Origin: Schmidtea nova
Taxonomy: Eukaryota
Direction: 5' to 3'
DNA: 64,000 bases
Assembly: GCA_044892505.1 (NCBI GenBank)
Contig: CM097882.1
Location: 488,436,001 to 488,500,000 of the forward strand
The translations under genes were made by a program, and so were the position numbers. The notes under the pieces were generated by a model. It was not told the origin of the DNA and did not search any database. It saw only the letters and a list, made by a program, of their open reading frames with translations. Shown piece by piece: positions 1 to 13,311 of this stretch. The stretch's first letter is position 1; each line of letters opens with the position of its first letter.

Positions 1-197
1 GCCTCACTACATTGAAGAAATGTTCTGCAAATAAATCTGCAATCGCTCTCGTTTGACTGACATTGCCCCATAACTTTTTTTCCCTGTAAATTTTTTTTTA
101 ATTTTTTAAACGAAATTTTAATGAATCAATTTTTTATTTTTATTTATCCAGCGAAATAGCTGGTGAGTGTGACTTATTGAGTATGATAAAATTTTTT

Positions 198-3100
198 TTA
201 TATTTGATTTGTTTTATTGGAATGTATAAATCTGTAATTTTTTGAGCACAAAAATGAATTTTTATTACATTTCATTTCGAATATTTAATTAGAATACTTT
301 TTTTGGTGAATACAGCAATGCCAGTCGAGTTCCTTCTTACATAAAAATGTTTTATGTTTTTAACCGTGATAAATTATACAAATTACAAAACCAAATACCT
401 GTTGATCTTCATCCTGCCATGGAAGGATTAAAATTATATCGTCTTTATGTAAATCTAATTCATCATCATCTTGTTTTGCGTAATTGTACCTGACAATGAC
501 TTGTTGGCGAAACTGGTTAAGATAATTTGTATCGTAATATTCATCTGAATTCAGAGACATTGAAACCCTTTTATTGGCGGACTTCTTAAAATTCGAGCGA
601 TATGATTGAGGTGATGAATTACTATGAGAAGATTTGTTGTTGTCCTTAGCAATCTTGTGGTAGAGATGTCGACTATTCTCCAAGTCCACGTCACTTTCTA
701 ATTCAGAATTAATAGGCGGTGACGGCCTCATTATGACAGGCTAAAATACCGAATTAGAAAGATATTTAATTTTTAGGAGGCAAGAGAAAGAAATAATTAA
801 GATTTTATTAGAAAAATATTCTATTATTTTTATATTCAGATAATTCAAGTTTACCCATTTACCATTTATTTATTATATTTACCCATTTATTAAAAGGTTC
901 TACATCACTGAACCAAATGAATAATTTCTAATTTTACACAAATTTATGTACATTTCTTTTCAAGTGTAGCCGATCAAGTGTAGTCCCTTACCAAAAGTGG
1001 AAATAAAGACAGGATGTAGACATCGCTTTTTTATGTGTAACCCTCTCGCTCTACTCATTTCAACCATCGCTGTAGGAATTCTATAAAAGCATTGTTGAAG
1101 AAATTCGGAATTTATCCTTCAAAAACTTCTTGATTGCGCTCTTAAATCATCGGCGCTAGAAAATGACTTCCCTTTCAGATGATTCTTTAAATTTTGTAAA
1201 AGGTAGCAGTCTCTAGAATGGAGATTGCGACTCAAAGAATGGCGCTCAATAAGTGTCAAGCCAGTTTGCTCAATTCTGGCAACAGTGGCATTGTAATGCG
1301 AAAATCTGTTTTCTACTTTTTTTCTGGCTGTTTTTTACAAGGTAGCACTCGATATTTATCTTTACTGATTTATCAACAAAGTCTATGCGCACAATGCCCG
1401 TTCTATCCCCAAAATTGCAATCATGAGCATTCAGCGATAGAAAGTTGCTAGTCTCAACTTAACTGGCGGTTTTCACTATAATTCAAAAGCATCTTTTTTG
1501 TACTCATATGTATATATATATATGTGTGTGTATATATATATATATATATTTAAAAAGTTTTAATAACTTTTTTGTCAAAAACTTAACATCCTTTATTTTG
1601 TTCATCTTTGCTCTTAGTTTCCATTACTACGATTGCTGGACACAGTTAAATTTAGATATTCTTCCATAATAACTTAATAAAATACAAATTACCTAAGTTT
1701 ATTTATAATATTCAAATAACTGAGAAATTTTTAATTTTGGCATTCCTACGAATATCGCCACATTACACTTAACTTTTTCGCTGCTCAAACCGTACATAAT
1801 CGTAAAATGAAAGTGTGGCTCACGCGCTCCTAGTGAGTTAACTCACACCGTGTTTTTAAATTGTTCCCTGCTCAACACGACTATTCATACTGGGTACCCC
1901 CAACAAGTCAAGTACCTACGGGTAAGTTAAATGTAAAAGAGGCAATGCGGCGCTTTTAGTATAGTAAAATACTAATTTTGATCATATATGTACACGAATA
2001 AGCTCGTAATCACCGAAATATGTGCGCACAGCGGGCACTAAACCTCAAAGTGTGTTGCGCAGTAAAATGGTTAATTAATTTCAATAGGAATATGCAAAAT
2101 TTAATTAGTTAACACTAGAACTACTAGGATTGATTGTATACCTAGTTTTACCACATCCACATCCACATTACTTAAATCGAAAATGAAAATAAATTTTTAA
2201 TTATATATAATGCCAAATTAAAAGTCAACATAAATTCTTATCATAATGCGTATAAAATGTTAATAAAAAAATTAAATAATTAATTTAATTAGTTTAATTA
2301 TTTTTAATCACTAAATCATCGTAAAATCGTAATTAGTTTTTATTAAAAAGAAAATTTGAAACTCCTTGCGAAAATAAAACCACAAAATATGTTTAAAGAT
2401 GACATAAAATGCATTTTATATTTTTAAAAAAGCAATTTAATTATATTTACCGATGGGCGTTCAAGGGAGCTGGGATTTGTATTGAATGAAAGCCTTTTAA
2501 TAATTGGTTCTCTTTTCTCTATCGAATATGTGGAGCTGGCGCTGTCACTCGCGAAGGTTTGATTGAGTGTCTGTCGATATCTTTTGTTAAAATAAATAAA
2601 TAAAATAATCAAAATTTTACTTCGATTGATGTCTTCCCAGGATTTACTAAAAACCCTTTCGAATCGAGCAAACCGGAATCTATTCGGTCGTAGGTCTGTG
2701 AGAAATGTATGGGATAAATAAATGAAATCTAATTGAAAAATATTAATAACCTCAGAAAAATGTTTTTCGCTGATCTTGTTGTTTTTTACATCGTTTTCAC
2801 TGTTATTATTTAATTTTATCGTTCCGTTTGTTATCTAATTTAATATTTTATATAAAGCAAGTCATAATAAATTATAAATTTTTAATAACCTCAGTTGGTT
2901 TTATTTCTATTTTTTCTGTATCTCTTTTCTGATTAACAGATTCGGAAATTTTGGGGTTCTAGCATTCAAATGATAACGAACGAAATAATATATAATTAAT
3001 AACCTCTGATGTCAGATGTGAATTGGTACTGCTCCTCTTGTCACTAATGGCATATGTGTCTAAATTCTATGGAACAAATGAAATCGAAGTTAAACCTCTA

Positions 3101-4645
3101 AAAGACAAGCACTACCTCATAAGAACTTCTTTCTCCAACATTGTAGCTTTTCGTTCGGGATAAAGACCCATCATTTGGGTGATAAGGAATTTGGTCGTAG
3201 ACTTGTTCCGGAGAAGCGATGTTCCATGCACTTCCGCCTTTTGAAAGATTAGTGTCTATTGGTCGCCGTTCGGAGGAAAATAATGTCATTACTCTAGAAA
3301 GATAATTATAAAAACATAATAAATTATTTAGATTTATTACGAGGCAGCTTTCTTTTTGTCATATATGAAATTGGAATGATTTGGAGTTGAATTAGTCTGA
3401 TTAATAATACTGTATTTTCCGGAACTTGCAGCCTCATTTAATTTATTGAGGATTATTAGTTGGTTTTTTCTNNNNNNNNNNNNNNNNNNNNNNNNNNNNN
3501 NNNNNNNNNNNNNNNNNNNNNNNNNNNNNNNNNNNNNNNNNNNNNNNNNNNNNNNNNNNNNNNNNNNNNNNNNNNNNNNNNNNNNNNNNNNNNNNNNNNN
3601 NNNNNNNNNNNNNNNNNNNNNNNNNNNNNNNNNNNNNNNNNNNNNNNNNNNNNNNNNNNNNNNNNNNNNNNNNNNNNTAAATAACAAAATAAGCCTTTGC
3701 TGCAAAATTTTATTAGGTGAAAATTTTGGATTATAAATCTCTAATTCAAAATATAACTGGAATCTTCATCGTACATTGATGTTTCTTTCTATTGAATTAT
3801 CACTTTTTTATTGAGTGTAAAACCTGATTATTATAATATCTATTTGTTTTCTTTAAAATTTTAAAATAAAAATAAAAATTGGAAACTTAAAATTTTAGAA
3901 TAAATATAAATTTAATACTTTTTAAAAATCCTCTCAATTATAAAGCAATTTTTTTCATTTCTATAATTTAAAAATTAAGTTAAGCTTTTATTTTATATCT
4001 TAATTTTTTAGGTCTATTTTTAAATATTAAATTTTATTTTATTTTATTTTATATGAAAATTTTTCTCATTGAAATCCCATATATATATTTTTGATACTTT
4101 CTGTTTTTCTTATCTTTTTCTTTCTCTTTTTTAGAACAAAAATGTTTTTTTAACAGGGTGGTATATGGATTAATTTATAATTGAAAATTTTCACATAATA
4201 AAAGTTTGCAACAAAGGCTTATTTCGTTATTTATTAATTATTTAATATTTCATTAATACTGCTNNNNNNNNNNNNNNNNNNNNNNNNNNNNNNNNNNNNN
4301 NNNNNNNNNNNNNNNNNNNNNNNNNNNNNNNNNNNNNNNNNNNNNNNNNNNNNNNNNNNNNNNNNNNNNNNNNNNNNNNNNNNNNNNNNNNNNNNNNNNN
4401 NNNNNNNNNNNNNNNNNNNNNNNNNNNNNNNNNNNNNNNNNNNNNNNNNNNNNNNNNNNNNNNNNNNNNNNNNNNNNNNNNNNNNNNNNNNNNNNNNNNN
4501 NNNNNNNNNNNNNNNNNNNACCTTTGATCTTTTTTTATTATTATTATCAATAATTCTCATAATGACTATAGATCAAAATTTTTTTTTTTTATTTATAAAC
4601 AATAAAAAAAAAAATTTTGATCTATAGTCATTATGAGAATTATTG

Positions 4646-4701
<56 letters not shown>

Positions 4702-7700
4702 TTATTAATATTTCCCAAACATCGACTCACTTACGTCTTGGAGCGATTGATAAAGTTTATCTTCTGCCCGAAACATAAGCGACCAAATTTGTAGATATAC
4801 CTGAATACGACTAACATTGGGATCAAAATTTAATAACAACCAAATGATCAAACCTATCACAGAATTGTGGTAATTCATTTTTCAAATCACTATTGATTTC
4901 CTGAAACTGATCTTGTGCACTTTTCAACTCATCTCCAACCTTATCGGATCGAATCAAATTACCGATAAAATACTTTGTAAAATGAAAAATTAATTTTACT
5001 TTTTTAATTTTTATACTGTCGGGCCTCTTGCTATTTCTGTAGGATTCGAACACGGTTTTTTGTTTCTGTAATTCATTGGCCTTCTTATTGCATTTTTCAA
5101 TCGATCTCTGTGAAAATATTATTGTCATAAATAGTGTAGGTTTATATTTATTATTGAATTAACAACTTGATTTTCAACAGTTTTTAGAGTAAATCAGTGT
5201 AGAATTTTCAGTAAGATATTGATTTGAATGTCACATCAAAGTGCAATTTGAGTATTACAACATTTCAGCACAGATAACAACCAATTTTGCAATCATAATA
5301 GTTCTTTACTTTGATAAATTTTATTGATTATTATTTCATCTATTTTTATTTGCTTTGTTATGGGATTTGTAGCAATTTTTAATGGCAGACTAGATTCGAG
5401 TTTATGTGGAATTTCACCAGAGATAACAAACAACCAATCAGATCCCAGAATCTGACGACTCTGCTACTGGACTTCATTGAATATTGCAGTTGTAAAAAGT
5501 TTAAAAATTCGTTTATATTTCACTTTCTAAGTTGTATTTTTTAGCGTTTTTTGTAATTTGCTTTCTAGACTTTTTTTTGCAAATTTGTTAAAACTATCAA
5601 TAAAATTAATAACAGGTGACAAACGAACTTAAAAATTTTTGAATTAAATAGACAATTAGAAATAAAAAGAACGACTATGGAAGAAAATTAGAATATACAA
5701 TTTTGGGACATAAGAAACTTTATATTTAAGATTTAAACAATATACTGTTATAGCAAATAATATCAAGTTGAGTCAAAAGTTATGCATATTCTTTAGTTAT
5801 TTAAAGTTATTGTTTCACCAGATTATTTAAGCATAACATTTATTTGCAACATTTGTTATCATTTTAAAGCCCTTGAAAAGGTAAATTAAACTACACTTTA
5901 ATATTTACATTTTTAAAGCACTATTCAATTATTTTTATTTTTTAGAATGATTGAAGAAAAGGCAGTATTTCGTGCCTTATTACGACATTGTTAAGAAAAA
6001 GACCTTACAGCAGCTGCGACTCAAGAAATCTGCAACGCAAAAGGAAAGGATGTGTTCAAGAAAAATAGAGCTCAGTGGTAGTTTCGTCGCTTTAATCATG
6101 GAAATACCAGTTTTAAAGATCAGGAACATTCAGGCCGACTTCAGTGATGAACAAGTTTTGTGTCTTAGTGGAGCGGCAGCCCAATACTAGCACCGGCAGG
6201 CTGTCAAAGGAGCTCGGCCATTCTCAAACACATTCCGAGTACCCAACGAATTGACAAATATTCAAGCCCAGTGTCGAGTTGATCTTTGCAGCGAACTACT
6301 TGATAACCCAAGAGACAGTCGTTTTTGGAAGCGAATTATTACAGAAGATAAAAAGTGAGTTTTCTTTCGTAATTCCAGTCGAGGTAAGCAGTGGCTTCAG
6401 CCTGGCCAGCCGCCAACTTAGCAAGTGGTTTCTTCAGGTCGCTTCGAAACGAGAGTGATGTTGTGTGTTTGGTAGAATTATGATGGATCTGTGAACTGGG
6501 AAATTGTTCCGTGTGGGCAAGCTATCGATGGTAATCTTTACATTGAACAACTACAGTGAGTTCATGATGTTTTGAGCACTCGATACCCAGATCTGTTGAA
6601 TCGTGTCACCCATCATAAATGATGGAAGGAAAATAAATTTTAGTTTTTATTCTTTCATTAATTTTTTTATATTGAATGTTAGAAGACATTTACAAATAAC
6701 AAATTATAATCACATTAGATTAAAAAAACTTTAGCGTTACACACAGAATGACATATTGCGGAAATTAAATATGTAATAATTAGAAATTAAAATATTTATA
6801 ATATATTTATTTTAATTTAATTTACTTTTTTCAATTTACTGCGTTACTTACAGACAGAAGGAAACAAAAAATTGAGTATAATTATTATTGATTTTTATTA
6901 ATAACTTAGAAAATAATTATCATTGTTTTATCAATTTATTATCGTTGTTTAATTTCCAAACCTTTGCAAAACTTTTATGAATAATTGATGTAAAAATCTT
7001 CAAATAAATTATTCACTTTTCCTTCTTTACTCAGACTGATCATGGAAATCTTGCACGATATAATTGTAAAAAGTGCTCAAGAAGTATTTATTAATTAGAT
7101 AATTATAATTCATTGCCCTTAAATAGGTGTTTTGGAACTAATAATATTTAATGATTTATTATTTAAAGCAGAGTCTATTAATAAATCTTGATTTTTAATC
7201 ACAACAATTTATATATAAATCATAAAAACTATGTGAATAATAATAATAATAATAAAAGTTTAACAATAACAACAATGAAAATAACATTGAATAATTCAAT
7301 GTATTCCATCTAATTTAAGTGATATTTGCATTTAACCGTAATACGGTTCTTATCTTAATCATTTCGGGAAAGTCGGCCTGATGCATGCTGGTTTGTAAGT
7401 GTCTGTGTGTTTCTTTGCGCATGTCTGTGTGTGCTTGCGTGCTGGTTTGTGTCTGCCTGTGCGTAATCGGGCCGGTTTGGTATTTGTTACCGCTGATAAA
7501 ATATAGAATTTAAACATTCGATCAATGGAAATGAAAATGTTCACTGCATTCAATGTATGAGCCGATTAATTGTGACTAATATATAAATGGCATCAATTAA
7601 TTGTACTAATAACTGCTAATATCAATTCGTCAATTAATTTCTACCATTAAAAATTTGTTGAGTTGGATGACTTTTTTAAGATGCTTGATTTTGTTGTAAT

Positions 7701-9258
7701 TATCAATGATTTACTTTAAAATTAATTCTGACGTTGAGGCCAAAAAATGACAACAGGTCTCGAGTTTAAAAGGCAAGTATTAAATGTAGGTATACCTCGT
7801 TATACGGAATAGGTAAGTTCTTAGAAAATTGGCCGTAAAGCGAAATACTGAATAACTAAGCAATCCAAAAAAAGTTCAGTTTTTCTCTAACAAGAGGAAT
7901 TACTAGAATATTGTTAGGATTGATTAGTTATGTAGCTTCTCGATATAACGCCAGTTTAATAAGAACGTACATAGGCCGTATAATGAGTACAGGTGTATTA
8001 CTACTAGTCAGTCTTTTTATATAGGTGATTCTGAAAAACTAGATTAGTTTTCAATTGCAATTTTATTATATAAAATGCTCATAAAGTCGCAATACCAAGA
8101 ACACCTTATCTATTATATATATATATAGGTCAACCCCAGCCCCCTAGAATAGTCAGTTTAAGGTCAATTTTTTGCTTAAGGTCACTTTGAGGTCAAAAAA
8201 GTAGTTGAAGGTCGAATTAAGGTGAATTTAAAGTCAAATAAGATAGGTCATTTATGAAAAATTAAGTAGGCCATATATAAAAATTAAAATATTATAATTT
8301 AAGTGAGTCATATATATATATATATGACCTACTTTAGTTGACCTTAAATTCACCTTAAATTATAATATTTTAGTTTTATATATGACCCTCTTTATTTGAC
8401 TTTAAATTATAACATTTTAGTGTTTATATATGACCTAGTTAATTTTTCATATACGACGTACTTTATTTGACCTTAAATTCACCTTAAAATTATATTAATT
8501 CGATCTTTACCTTAAAATGACCCTGTGCGAAAAATTTGACACATTAGGTGTCTTTTAAAAATTTGATCTTAAATTGAGCTACATAAAAAAATAATAAGGT
8601 TTGGGCTAGAGTATTTACATATTTACAGTATTTTTCTTTGATATTCAATCTTATCATTACATTTATTAATGATTATATAATAATAAATAGTTAATGACAT
8701 TTATATTAACACATTGATGACAATATGTTCTGATAAAGAAAGCCTTAATTCCCACGTAATTTTGAAAATATATAATAAATGATTGAAAATATTCACGAGT
8801 ATAACACATTTAACAAGTAGGTTTTCATTTTTTACACAACTTCGCTTGATGTGTGTGTCGGGAAATAGCGTGTCCCGTCACCAACAGTTAAAAAAATAAA
8901 AGGCACCAATTTATAGAATTACTTCATTCAGTGTTATTACTTAATTTGGTTAATTACATCTATTTTAAATAGTTTAAATAACATATGATAATATGATTGA
9001 CAACTGATTTTTCTCCGCCTACAGCTGACTTTAATTCGATCAAAATAAATAAAAAATGTCAAATTTCCAAATCTGTCAACTTAATATATTAATAGGTTTT
9101 TTGTGAAATTATGGTAACTCCATTTGGATTTTGCAAAATTTTTATTTTCTTCAGATATTTTTAATGAACATTGTAAGGAGTTCCAAAACTCCTTTTAAAT
9201 TAAAAATAATTTAATTAATTAATTTAACGAATAACATTTTATATATTTTATATTAATA

Positions 9259-9303
<45 letters not shown>

Positions 9304-12300
9304 ATTAATATTAGAATTACAAATGCCTCAGTGTTTTAATATTCAGAATTACACGTGGACATTTTTAAATTGTTATAAAATTTAATAAATATTAATGGAA
9401 GAAGAGTTGAATTTAATTGCTTCTAACATGGCGACTACGACCACGGATCTTTTAATAAGCAGACTGCTTCCTGGAAAATTCCACAAGGGTGATAATATTG
9501 ATGATTTTATCAAAGATTGTCAGAGATTTTTCAGCGTTACGAAGACTTCTATCAAAATGCAACTAATTTTGACCACTACTCTTTTGGATAGATCTTTATT
9601 GGAAGATTATGCAGATGCAGAAGGAAAAACTATTGAAGAGAAACATCTTGGTGCTTTTTCAAAGCCAACTTCATTAATAGAAGATTTAAAAGAAACTTTA
9701 AGTTATGAACAAGAGTCTGATTCAGTCGAAATATTTATAGAGAAAATTAATAAATTAATGAAAAAAATAATTGCACACAAATGGGATGAAGAAGAGATAG
9801 AAAAATGCCTTTTAATAAGCTGTTCAAGAGATAAAGAAGTTAAAAAAGAAGTTGAAATGAAAGATATAAAAACTGCCGATGAAATAAAATCACCAATCAA
9901 GAAATTAGAAAAAGTTGACAAAATTATGGGCCAAATTAATGTGTTGAAGACTTCATCAGTTACATTCAACAACAGAAATTATAGAGATGCTGCTCGAAGA
10001 GGACTCGTGGATAAAAACAATACCTTGAAGCAAAGAGATCCGAATAATCGATATGTCGAATGCTGGACATGCAACAAAACGGGTCACATTAGTAGAGAAT
10101 GTCAAATGAAAAAAAGAACCCAGTGCTTTGCATGTGGAGTGGAACGGCATGTACGTCGAGAATGTCCAACAACTCAATGTCAAAGATGTCGATTGCGTGG
10201 ACACAAAGAAAATGATTGTTACACCAACTTAGAAAGAAGAAGATTTGGAACTAATCAGAATGGAGAAAACCATAATTACTATCAAATCGATCAATGAAAT
10301 ATCATCTAAATACACCATTACCCCTTCTTTATTTAGATCTTTTAATACTTTTGTAATTAATTCTTGAAATGTACCTGGCGCAGCTGCAATGCCAAATGGC
10401 ATTCGATTAAAACAAAATTGGCCTTCTTTATAAGAAAAAGCTATCTTTTCTTTAGATTCAATATCCAATCTTACTTGATAATAAGCGTTCCCGAGATCTA
10501 TAGAACTAAAGTATTTAGATCCATGCAGTGTATCTAAGATTTCTTCAACGTTCGGCATTGGAAAAGCTTGTCTTTCGGTAATTTTATTCAGTTGCCTAAA
10601 GTCTAAACAAAGTCTAATATCTTTTTTCTCTTTTTTCCACACGCATACTAACGGAGTATTCCAAGGCGAGTTACATTTCATTTATGATATAATTATTTTC
10701 TAAATTTTTTATTGCATTATTTATTTTCTCCTCTAAATTGATAGGCTCTCTTCTCGGTTTTATTATTATTGGTTCACCTGTTGTAATAATTTTATGTTCA
10801 ATTAAATCCGTACATCCAATATCCCACTTATCTGTCATAAAACATTTATTTTTCTTTACAATTTCTAACAGTTTATTATTCTAGTATAATTTTAAAGTTT
10901 CTATTGTTTTCTGTAATCTTTCAGTATTTGTAATTTTTCTTCCAAATTTCGCTTCTATTTCACATATAAAATCATTCGATTTTTCACATTTACCCTCTAT
11001 ATATCTTAATTCTATTCCAAACTGTTTCTGCAATTCCACTCCTCCAATTATATCTGGGACAACGTTTGTAACTACAAGAAATGTTACTTTTCTTGCTATA
11101 TTACCAATTCTAACATCAATTTGTATCTTTCCTACTGTATCCAGTTTGCTATCATTTGTACATCTTAATTTATCGTTTGTCCTTATTATTTCAACATTTT
11201 CTAATTTATCCACAACTGCTTTAGTCATAACATTAACTCTAGCTCCCGTATCTAACAAACATTCCATTTTATGGCCCTGAATTTCAAGAGTTGTACTCGG
11301 TCTACCTTGAATTTTATTATATGCCAATCGTGGCTCTTCCCATTCTTCGTCAGTGAATATATTTTGCTTCTCCTTAAAATTTGAATTAACCAATTTTTCA
11401 TTCATCCACATTTTATCATTTCTCTCTGTATTCTCTAATTTTTTTAAAAACTTATAAACTTTTTCTGCTATCATTTTATTACCACATTCTATTTCTTTAA
11501 ATTTACTATCTTTTTGATTTTTAAAATTTTTAATATTATTAATTTAATAAAGTCTGGTCAGCATTAAAAAAATTACTAAAATTACGTACATTACTACTTG
11601 TTAAATTACATATTTTATTCGATAAAGGGGTACGAGCATGTTGTAGCATATGGATCACATGCAATGGGCTCACACGAAAGAGGATATTGCATTACACGAA
11701 AGGAACTTTTGGCTATTTACTTTTTTTGTCGTCATTTCAATCATTATTTATATGGTAAACGATTTGTCTTACGCACTGACCATAAAGTGATTACTTTTAT
11801 GTTAACGACAAAAAAGCCAATAACAGCACAATTCCAAACATGGATAAATTATTTAAGTAATTTGGACATAAAAATGGAGTTCAGAATAGGTACTGCGCAT
11901 ACTAATGTATATATGCTTTCTAGAAATACCTGTGGAAAATGTGGACAATGTGCAATGGAGCATGAAAATCCAAAATCAGGAAAATTAAAAACTAGTTTGT
12001 TAACTTTGATGACAGAAAATAACGGATATGAATGGCAAAAGGATAATGCAGAGATAAAAAAATATAAAAGATAGAATTAATAGAAATGAAAAGGATAAAT
12101 TTTATTTAAAAAATAATATAGTCTACACAAATAAAGACAAAATTTGGATACCAGAAATTTAAAGACGAAAAATGATAAAGAAAACACATTTTCTATTATG
12201 TCATGCAGGGGTAGAAAAAGTAATGAAATACATTCAGAACAATTTTGATATGTTAGACTTGGCAAAGGAAATTAAGGCGACTATCTCTACATGTGAATCA

Positions 12301-13243
12301 TGCCAGAAAAACAAAGTTATGACCACAAAGTCTAAAGAAGAAACCAAAGTCATTCAAGCTTCTAAACCTTTTGAAAACATATACATGGACATCTGTGGAC
12401 CTTTAAGAGAAACATTCAAGTGAGATAAATATATTTGTGCTATAATTGATCATTATAGTGAATATATTTCACTAACTGCTATTAGTAAACAGGATGAAAA
12501 AACAATAGGAAAAGTTTTGTTACATAAATGGATACTTAAATTTGGGGCACCTAAAGAATTACATGTAGATTGTGGAAAGAATTTCGAAGCAAATAGCATT
12601 AAAGAACTGACAAAAACAGCAGGTATAGAGCTAATATTTTCAAGTCCGTATCACCATAATACCAATGGTTTAGTTGAAAGGCAGTTTCGAACTATTAGAG
12701 ATTATATTAACACATCATTAAATGATGGAAGGAAGAAAAATTGGGCAGAATTATTACCTGATATAGAATACACTTTAAATGCGACAGCTCAGAAAACTAC
12801 TGGAGTTAGTTATTATTTAGTTATTATTTAGTTATTATTTAGTTATTATTTAGTTATTATTTTTGGAAGAAAGATTAATAGATTGCAATGGCATGTTAAT
12901 AATAAAATAAATAGAAATGACATTACGCAGAGATTAGAAGACAAAAGACAGGAAAAGTAAGTCAAAACAAAAAGAGAATTAGAAATTGGATAAAGAGTGT
13001 TAGTAAAAAAGGAAATTCGAAATAAAGACCACGAAAGGTATGAAGGTCCATATACAGTAAAAAAACAAATTCATGAAAGAAGTTACTTATTAGAAGACAA
13101 GAATTGGAAGACTATAGTCAGAAATATTGAAAGGATTAAACATTTTAAAGAAGGGGGAAGTGAGGAGTTCCAAAACTTATTTTTAATTAAAAATAATTTA
13201 ATTAATTAATTTAACGAGTAACATTTTATATATTTGATATTAA

Positions 13244-13311
<68 letters not shown>

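Noticed and set aside
1218-1451. 77-aa plus-strand ORF
   Set aside because: Antisense shadow of a mariner relic.
3337-4560. ORFs spanning N-gaps (also 24468-24746, 41350-42017, 44506-44956)
   Set aside because: Their length comes from runs of X. Only the flanking real residues were used.
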